Source: Gemmatimonadota bacterium
Lineage (GTDB): Bacteria; Gemmatimonadota; Gemmatimonadetes; Longimicrobiales; Gaopeijiaceae
DNA: 64,000 nt
Reading direction: 5' to 3'
Assembly (NCBI GenBank): GCA_034521595.1
Contig: JAXHMG010000003.1
Span: forward strand, 2,688,001 to 2,752,000
Of the stretch, positions 58,456 through 64,000 are shown piece after piece. Under the pieces are notes generated by a model. The model saw only the letters and a list, made by a program, of their open reading frames with translations. It was not told where the DNA came from and searched no databases. The translations under genes and the position numbers were made by a program. The stretch's first letter is position 1. The number at the start of each line of letters is the position of its first letter.

Positions 58456-59655
58456 ATGCGGAAGCGCAAGATGGCGGTCGGCTTCGGACTCGTCGCGGGA
58501 GCGGCCGCGCTCGCGTGCGCCTCGGAAGCGCTCGACGATCTCGCCGCCGGCACGGTCGGACAGGAAGGGATGGCCCCGATCTTCGAGGTCGATCCGTTCT
58601 GGCCGAAGCCGCTCCCGAACCACTGGGTCCTCGGATCCGTGGTCGGCGTGGGGGTGGATTCCCGCGACCACGTGTTCATCATCCACCGTCAGGCTCCGCT
58701 CAACGAACGGACCGAGATCGGCGCGGCGACCGATCCGCCCACGGGAGAGTGCTGCCGGCCGGCTCCGTACGTGCTCGAGTTCGACCCCGAAGGGAATCTC
58801 GTGAACTCGTGGGGTGGTGAGGGCGAAGGCTACACCTGGCCGGCTTCGAACCACGGCATCTCCATCGATCCCATGGACAACATCTGGATCGGTGGGAACG
58901 GCGCGGGCGACAGCCACGTCTTGAAGTTCAGCCGCGACGGCACGTTCCTCGCCGAATACGGCATCCCCGGCCAGCGCACGCCCGACTCGAACAGCACCGA
59001 GTTCTTCGGCCGCCCGGCCAAGATCTCCTTCGATGCCGAGGCCCAGGAGGCCTACGTGGCGGACGGATACAGTCACCGTCGCGTAGCCGTGCTCGACATG
59101 AACACCGGTGAGATCAAGCGCTTCTGGGGCGCGTACGGGAACGAGCCCACCGACGAGAACCCGGGACCCTACGACCCGGACGCACCGCTCATCGACCAGT
59201 TCCGCACGCCGGTGCACTGCGCCGAGCCCACGGACGACGGCCACGTCTACGTCTGCGACCGGCCCAACAACCGCATCCAGGTCTTCCGGACCGACGGGAC
59301 CTACGTCGACGAGGTCCAGCTCGCGCCGCGCACGCTCGGGGACGGATCCACGTGGGACATCGCCTTCTCGCGCGATCCGGAGCAGACCTACATGTACGTC
59401 GCGGACGGCAAGAACATGAAGGTCTACATCATGGACCGAGCCTCGCTCGAAGTGCTCACGACCTTCGGCGACGGGGGCCGGCAGCCCGGGCTCTTCTTCG
59501 CGGTCCACTCGATCGCGACCGACTCGGAGGGCAACATCTACACGACCGAGACCTACGAGGGCAAGCGCGTGCAGAAGTTCCTTTTCCGGGGCATCGGTCC
59601 GGTCGAGGAAGAAGACCAGGGTGCGCCGTGGCCGGAGGACCGTCTTCCGGGCTGA
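58456..59655 (+). CDS. NHL-repeat beta-propeller (PAM lyase-like) exported protein
   Basis: FEVDPFWPKPLPNHW, YVADGY..RV, YVCDRPNNRIQVF, DSEGNIYTTE..RVQKF. Confidence 0.88.
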   Translation: MRKRKMAVGFGLVAGAAALACASEALDDLAAGTVGQEGMAPIFEVDPFWPKPLPNHWVLGSVVGVGVDSRDHVFIIHRQAPLNERTEIGAATDPPTGECCRPAPYVLEFDPEGNLVNSWGGEGEGYTWPASNHGISIDPMDNIWIGGNGAGDSHVLKFSRDGTFLAEYGIPGQRTPDSNSTEFFGRPAKISFDAEAQEAYVADGYSHRRVAVLDMNTGEIKRFWGAYGNEPTDENPGPYDPDAPLIDQFRTPVHCAEPTDDGHVYVCDRPNNRIQVFRTDGTYVDEVQLAPRTLGDGSTWDIAFSRDPEQTYMYVADGKNMKVYIMDRASLEVLTTFGDGGRQPGLFFAVHSIATDSEGNIYTTETYEGKRVQKFLFRGIGPVEEEDQGAPWPEDRLPG

Positions 59656-59797
59656 GCCCAGCCGAAGCGACACCGGACCCGGACTCGCCCGAATCCGCGA
59701 ACGGACAAACATTGACGGCGAGCACACCGGAGCGTTCCTTGATGCTCCCAGCGGCTCACGAGACGAACCGAACGAACGCCCGAACAGGAGATCCCGA

Positions 59798-60439
59798 ATG
59801 CGACGTAACCAGATGATCCCCACGCTCCTGCTGACCGCGGTGGTCGCGGCCTGCGGCGGGGGCGAAGACATGGCCGAGCACGAGGCGGATCAGGAAGCGG
59901 AGATGGCCGCGGCGCCGGCCACGGAGACGGCCGCCGGATGCTTCCTTCAGGGAGCGACGATCGAGGAGGCGGGGGAGCGCCCGAGCCCGCTGCACACCAC
60001 CGAGCTCTCGGTCGGTGGCACGGAAGGGACCCTCTGTTACGGTGCGCCTTCGGCGCGTGACCGGGAGGTCATGGGTGGGCTCGTGCCGTACGGCGAGCTC
60101 TGGCGGACCGGCGCGAACGAAGCGACGGCCATCCACCTCGAAGGCCCGGCGGTCATCGGTGGGATCGAGCTGGACGCGGGGAGCTACTCCCTCTACACGA
60201 TGCCGAACGAAGGCGAATGGGAGGTCTTCCTCAACTCGTCTGTCGAGCGGTGGGGCATTCCGATCTCCGACGAGGTCCGCGAGACCGAGATCGGCAGCTT
60301 CACGGTGACGCCGGAAGCCACCGACGGAATGGTCGAGACGCTGGATTTCTCGTTCGAGTCGAGCGGCGAGGCCTCCGCTGAGCTCGTGATGGAGTGGGAG
60401 AACACGCGCATCCGGATCCCCGTCGAAGCCGGGATGTAG
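59798..60439 (+). CDS. DUF2911 family lipoprotein
   Basis: Lipobox VAAC; RPSP, YGAPSARDR, VPYGELWRTGANEAT, GSYSLYT.P, MEWEN. Confidence 0.9.
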   Translation: MRRNQMIPTLLLTAVVAACGGGEDMAEHEADQEAEMAAAPATETAAGCFLQGATIEEAGERPSPLHTTELSVGGTEGTLCYGAPSARDREVMGGLVPYGELWRTGANEATAIHLEGPAVIGGIELDAGSYSLYTMPNEGEWEVFLNSSVERWGIPISDEVRETEIGSFTVTPEATDGMVETLDFSFESSGEASAELVMEWENTRIRIPVEAGM

Positions 60440-60467
60440 CAGCCCGAGAACCCGAACGGGCGGGAAC

Positions 60468-60503
60468 GGCCCCGGCTCCGGACACTGCTCCGGGGTCGGG
60501 GCC
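60468..60503. terminator. GC-rich hairpin between convergent genes (probable terminator)
   Basis: GGCCCCGGCTCCGG-N8-CCGGGGTCGGGGCC, a 14-bp stem with G.U pairs; no long U-tract. Confidence 0.5.
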
Positions 60504-60532
60504 TTCGCGTTCCGTACGGAGGCGCGACGACC

Positions 60533-61519
60533 TCACACGTATGGCTCGTCCGTGGCCAGGTATCCGGTCACGTAGTCCCGCACCCCCTCTTCCACGCTTC
60601 GGAACGGGCGGTCGTAGCCGGCGGCTCGGAGTCGGCCCATCTCCGCCTGGGTGAAGTACTGGTACCGGTCCCGGATCTCCTCCGGGATGTCGATCCACCG
60701 CACGTCGAGCGGACGCTCGACCGCGTCGTAGAGCGCGGTCATGAGCTCGAGCCACGTCTGGGCGCGGCCGGTGCCGACGTTGAACAGCCCGGAGACCTCC
60801 GGATGCTCCAACAGCCAGAGCATCACGTCCACGCAGTCGTCGACGTACACGAAGTCCCGCATCTGTCCGCCATCGGGATAGTCGGGATCGTGCGACCGGA
60901 AGAGCGTTGCCCGGTCGCCGCGCGCCGCACCCGGATACGCCTTGGCCACCAGACTCCGCATGTCGCCTTTGTGGTACTCGTTCGGCCCGTAGACGTTGAA
61001 GAACTTGAGGCCGACCCACTGCGGAGGCGTCGCCCCCCCGGATTCCACCTCGCGCGCGACCCACCGATCGAAGAGATGCTTGCTCCACCCGTACGCGTTG
61101 AGGGGAAGGAGGCGGGCGAGCGCTTCCGAGCTCCCGTCGTCGTCGAACCCGGCCGATCCGTCGCCGTACGTCGCCGCGGAGGACGCGTAGAGGAACGGCA
61201 CCTCGTGCCTCGCACACCACCGCCACAACCGTTGTGAGAGGCGGACGTTCGTCTCGACGATCAGGTCCGCGTCGGTCTCCGTCGTCGAAGATATCGCACC
61301 CATGTGCACGACGTGCTCGATCTCGGCCGCCCTCCGATCGAGGAAGGCATCCAGGGCGCCGGGATCCACGAGCTCGTCGAGCGCCCTCCGCCTGAGGTTC
61401 TTCCACTTGTCCTCCGTACCCAGTCGGTCGACCACACTGACGGAGCCGAGCGCCGCGCGCTCCAGCCCGGCGACCAGGTTGGACCCGATGAAGCCGGCTC
61501 CTCCCGTGACGACGATCAT
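60533..61519 (-). CDS. hldD: ADP-L-glycero-D-manno-heptose 6-epimerase
   Basis: VTGGAGFIGSN, HMGAISSTTE, YASSAATYG, PLNAYGWSK, FFNVYGPNEYHKGDM, RDFVYV, YQYFTQA. Confidence 0.95.
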   Translation of the reverse strand: MIVVTGGAGFIGSNLVAGLERAALGSVSVVDRLGTEDKWKNLRRRALDELVDPGALDAFLDRRAAEIEHVVHMGAISSTTETDADLIVETNVRLSQRLWRWCARHEVPFLYASSAATYGDGSAGFDDDGSSEALARLLPLNAYGWSKHLFDRWVAREVESGGATPPQWVGLKFFNVYGPNEYHKGDMRSLVAKAYPGAARGDRATLFRSHDPDYPDGGQMRDFVYVDDCVDVMLWLLEHPEVSGLFNVGTGRAQTWLELMTALYDAVERPLDVRWIDIPEEIRDRYQYFTQAEMGRLRAAGYDRPFRSVEEGVRDYVTGYLATDEPYV

Positions 61520-62559
61520 GCCGACGCCCCTCCTCCCTTCATGACCACGGTGCGAATCGGGAACGGAATCTCGATGCCTTCCAGATTGTAGCGGCGGTGA
61601 AGGTGCTTGATGAACTCGTGGCGGACGCGCCCTCTCGCCCGGAGCTCGGTCACGAGCATCCGCACCTCGAAGTTGATGCTCGAATCGCCGAACTCACGAA
61701 AGAGGATCTTCGACTCCTCGCCACGGACCCCACCGTCCACCGAATCGACCACCTCCTTGGCGACCTCGCGCGTCACCCGTTCCACGTGCTCCAGATCGCT
61801 GTCGTAGGCGACGCCGACCATGACGCTGATCCAGAGCGCCGTCTCCGGGTAGCTGAAGTTCTTCACGATCGAGTTCGCGAGCACCGAGTTGGGCACCACG
61901 ACCAGGTTCCCGTCGGGAAAGGTGTCGATGGTCGTGTTGCGAGCCTTCACGTCGGTGACCCACCCCTCCTCCCCGGTGGAGAGCGCCACGAAATCCCCCT
62001 GCCGAACCTGTCGGGAAAAAATGATCTGCATGCCTGCGAACAGGTTCCCCAGCGTGTCCTGCAGGGCGAGGGCGACCGCCAAACCGCCGATGCCCAGGGC
62101 GGTGATGAGCGGCGTGATGTTGATCCCCAGGTTCTGAAGGATGATGAACACACCGAGCATCCCGACCGCGATGCGGGCGAGGTTCACCACCAGCGTCGGA
62201 GACTTGAGCGTCTCGGGACTGCTGTCCGACATGATCCGTACGGCACCGCCGGCCGCGCGCATCCCCGCCACCACCGCGGAGCCGATCACCACCACCGTGA
62301 GCACCGTTCGAATCGTCGAGGCCAACGTCTCGTCCACCGTGCCCACGTTGCCCGCGAAGTAGACACCGGCGGAAGCGAGCCACACGGTGGGCAGGCCTTT
62401 GATGGCGCTCACGATCAGGGAGTCCCAGCGGTACCGCGTCCGTAGAATGATGCGGCGGATCCGCTCCACGAGCACACGCTCGACGAGCAATCCGAGGAGC
62501 ACGCCTCCCACGATCAGGACGGTTCGCTGCACCCAAGGCTCTTGCAGGAACTCACTCAT
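61516..62559 (-). CDS. Mechanosensitive ion channel, MscS family
   Basis: LGIGGLAVALALQDTLGNLFAG, VVPNS, GVAYDSDL, FGDSSINF, GIEIPFP. Confidence 0.9.
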   Translation of the reverse strand: MSEFLQEPWVQRTVLIVGGVLLGLLVERVLVERIRRIILRTRYRWDSLIVSAIKGLPTVWLASAGVYFAGNVGTVDETLASTIRTVLTVVVIGSAVVAGMRAAGGAVRIMSDSSPETLKSPTLVVNLARIAVGMLGVFIILQNLGINITPLITALGIGGLAVALALQDTLGNLFAGMQIIFSRQVRQGDFVALSTGEEGWVTDVKARNTTIDTFPDGNLVVVPNSVLANSIVKNFSYPETALWISVMVGVAYDSDLEHVERVTREVAKEVVDSVDGGVRGEESKILFREFGDSSINFEVRMLVTELRARGRVRHEFIKHLHRRYNLEGIEIPFPIRTVVMKGGGASA

Positions 62560-62580
62560 GAAGCCCTCCGCGATGGGTAG

Positions 62581-63378
62581 TCACCGGTTCTCGCTCGACC
62601 CGTGCGGGTCGCGCGGAGGGAAGGGGACGAAGGAAGACGTCCGCCGCACGTACGCCGCGTAATCCGGTCGCCGCGCTTCCATGCCCTCCTCGAGAAGCGT
62701 AACGCCGGATACAGCGACGAGCAGATACGTCATGAGCACGGGAGCGAACACGGTCCAGGCTCCTCCGGCACCGACGGCGATGACGTATGCGCCCCACCAG
62801 AGAACGGCGTTCCCGAAATAATTCGGGTGTCTGGAATACCGCCAGAGACCTTCATCGAGCACCCGCCCCCGGTTCTCCGGTCGAGCTTTGAACGCTTCGA
62901 GCTGCCGGTCGGCGACCGCTTCGAGCGTCAGCCCGAGCAGAAAGAGGAACCCGCCCGTCAGATCCCAGGGGCCGAGGGGACCCGACCCGGTCACGGCGGC
63001 GAAGAGCGGCGCGGAAACCAACCACAAGAGAAGGGCCTGAAGCCAGAACACGGTCACCAGGCTCACGTAGGAAAAGCGGGGTCCGCCCGCCTCACGCATG
63101 GCTGCGTACCGGCGATCCTCGCCGGAGTGGAGCGCTCGACGCAACAGGTGTCCACCGAGCCGCGCCGCCCAGAGAGCGACGAGCGCGACCACGAGCCAAC
63201 TTCGCGGCGTCGGCTCAGGCGCCAGCACGAGGTACGTCACCGTGACCAACAGGAAGCCGGGCGCCCAGAACGGATCGACGATGCTGACGTCTTCGAGCGC
63301 GAGGCTCACCAGCCAGAGCAGGGTCATGGCGAGCAACACCACGCCCAGTCCGGCGAGAGCGATGCCGAGGTTTTCCAT
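62581..63378 (-). CDS. DUF1295 family (steroid 5-alpha-reductase-like) membrane protein
   Basis: SIVDPFW, WAARLG, EDRRY, EAVADRQL, GLWRYSRHPNYFG, SGVTLLE, Y..RTSSFVP. Confidence 0.92.
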   Translation of the reverse strand: MENLGIALAGLGVVLLAMTLLWLVSLALEDVSIVDPFWAPGFLLVTVTYLVLAPEPTPRSWLVVALVALWAARLGGHLLRRALHSGEDRRYAAMREAGGPRFSYVSLVTVFWLQALLLWLVSAPLFAAVTGSGPLGPWDLTGGFLFLLGLTLEAVADRQLEAFKARPENRGRVLDEGLWRYSRHPNYFGNAVLWWGAYVIAVGAGGAWTVFAPVLMTYLLVAVSGVTLLEEGMEARRPDYAAYVRRTSSFVPFPPRDPHGSSENR

Positions 63379-63620
63379 CCGCGCCTCCGAGAATCGAGGT
63401 CCGTGAAGATACCACACACCCGCCTCGCGCAACTCCACCTTGCGTGCACATCACGGCCGCCTACTCTGAGATTTCGAGAAACCGCCGCTCTCCGACCTCC
63501 AGGATTCATGCACGCCTTTCCGGCCCTCGCGCTCCTGCTCTGCACGCTCGCCCACCTTTCCCTCGGTGCCCGAGCGGGAGGACAACCCGCCGGTACGCTC
63601 CCCAGGCGGGCGTTGAGCCG

Positions 63621-64000
63621 ATGAGCTCCGAATGGCTGCGCGCAGGGCTCGCTTTGGTTGTTGCTTCGGTACTGATCGCACCCTCCGTCACGGCCCAAAG
63701 CCCTGCGGATCGTCGTACGGATGCCTTGGATCGGGGGGTGAGCGCGCCCGAAGCCACGGGAATCGTCGACCTCCCGAGACTGACGGGACCCGTCACGCTC
63801 GACGGCATGCCCGACGAGGCTGCGTGGGACCGGGTCGAACCACTGCCTCTTACCATGTATCAACCCACCTTCCGGGGAGAGAGCGATCGAGAGATCGAGT
63901 TGCTCGTCGCCTACGACGACGACGCGATCTATGTGGCCGGTCGACTCTACCACGACGATCCATCACGCATCGGGGCGTTCTCGTTCACCCGTGACCGGTA
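63621..64000 (+). CDS. Exported CBM9-like / DUF5916 family protein; runs off the right edge of the window
   Basis: My translation from ATG 63621: signal peptide, then PVTLDGMPDEAAW..YQP..VAYDDDAIYVAGR...RD. No stop in the window. Confidence 0.78.
   Translation, partial: MSSEWLRAGLALVVASVLIAPSVTAQSPADRRTDALDRGVSAPEATGIVDLPRLTGPVTLDGMPDEAAWDRVEPLPLTMYQPTFRGESDREIELLVAYDDDAIYVAGRLYHDDPSRIGAFSFTRDR

Noticed and set aside
56757-59871. Minus-strand ORFs of 641 aa and 581 aa
   Set aside because: Alternative or antisense frames of the HupE/UreJ and NHL genes; Arg/Pro-rich or mirror composition.

Overview
High-GC bacterial chromosomal window with about 60 protein-coding genes. Gene content and the many acidic exported proteins suggest Gemmatimonadota/Longimicrobiales-like origin, which is an inference. 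No rRNA, tRNA, CRISPR array, transposase or integrase was recognised. Housekeeping blocks: gltBD, DUF2520-panB-panC, queG/queE, a GyrA/ParC-family topoisomerase subunit, an ECF sigma/zf-HC2 anti-sigma pair, a rearranged paa-like ring-epoxidase cluster, hldD and two MscS channels. Most notable: (1) a self-contained cyclic-nucleotide signalling island at 47.5-56.9 kb, encoding a CHASE2 adenylate cyclase, an exported metacaspase-DUF4384, a FecR/DUF928-like exported protein, two candidate phosphodiesterases and a cNMP-binding SpoIIE pseudo-phosphatase; (2) two tandem contractile-injection-system-type tail tube genes with no sheath or baseplate nearby (20.2-21.1 kb); (3) three ~89-nt hairpin-rich repeats at 27.9-28.2 kb; (4) a ~150-nt long imperfect hairpin, a candidate ncRNA, at 10.7-10.86 kb. 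All family assignments come from motif recognition by eye; no searches were run.
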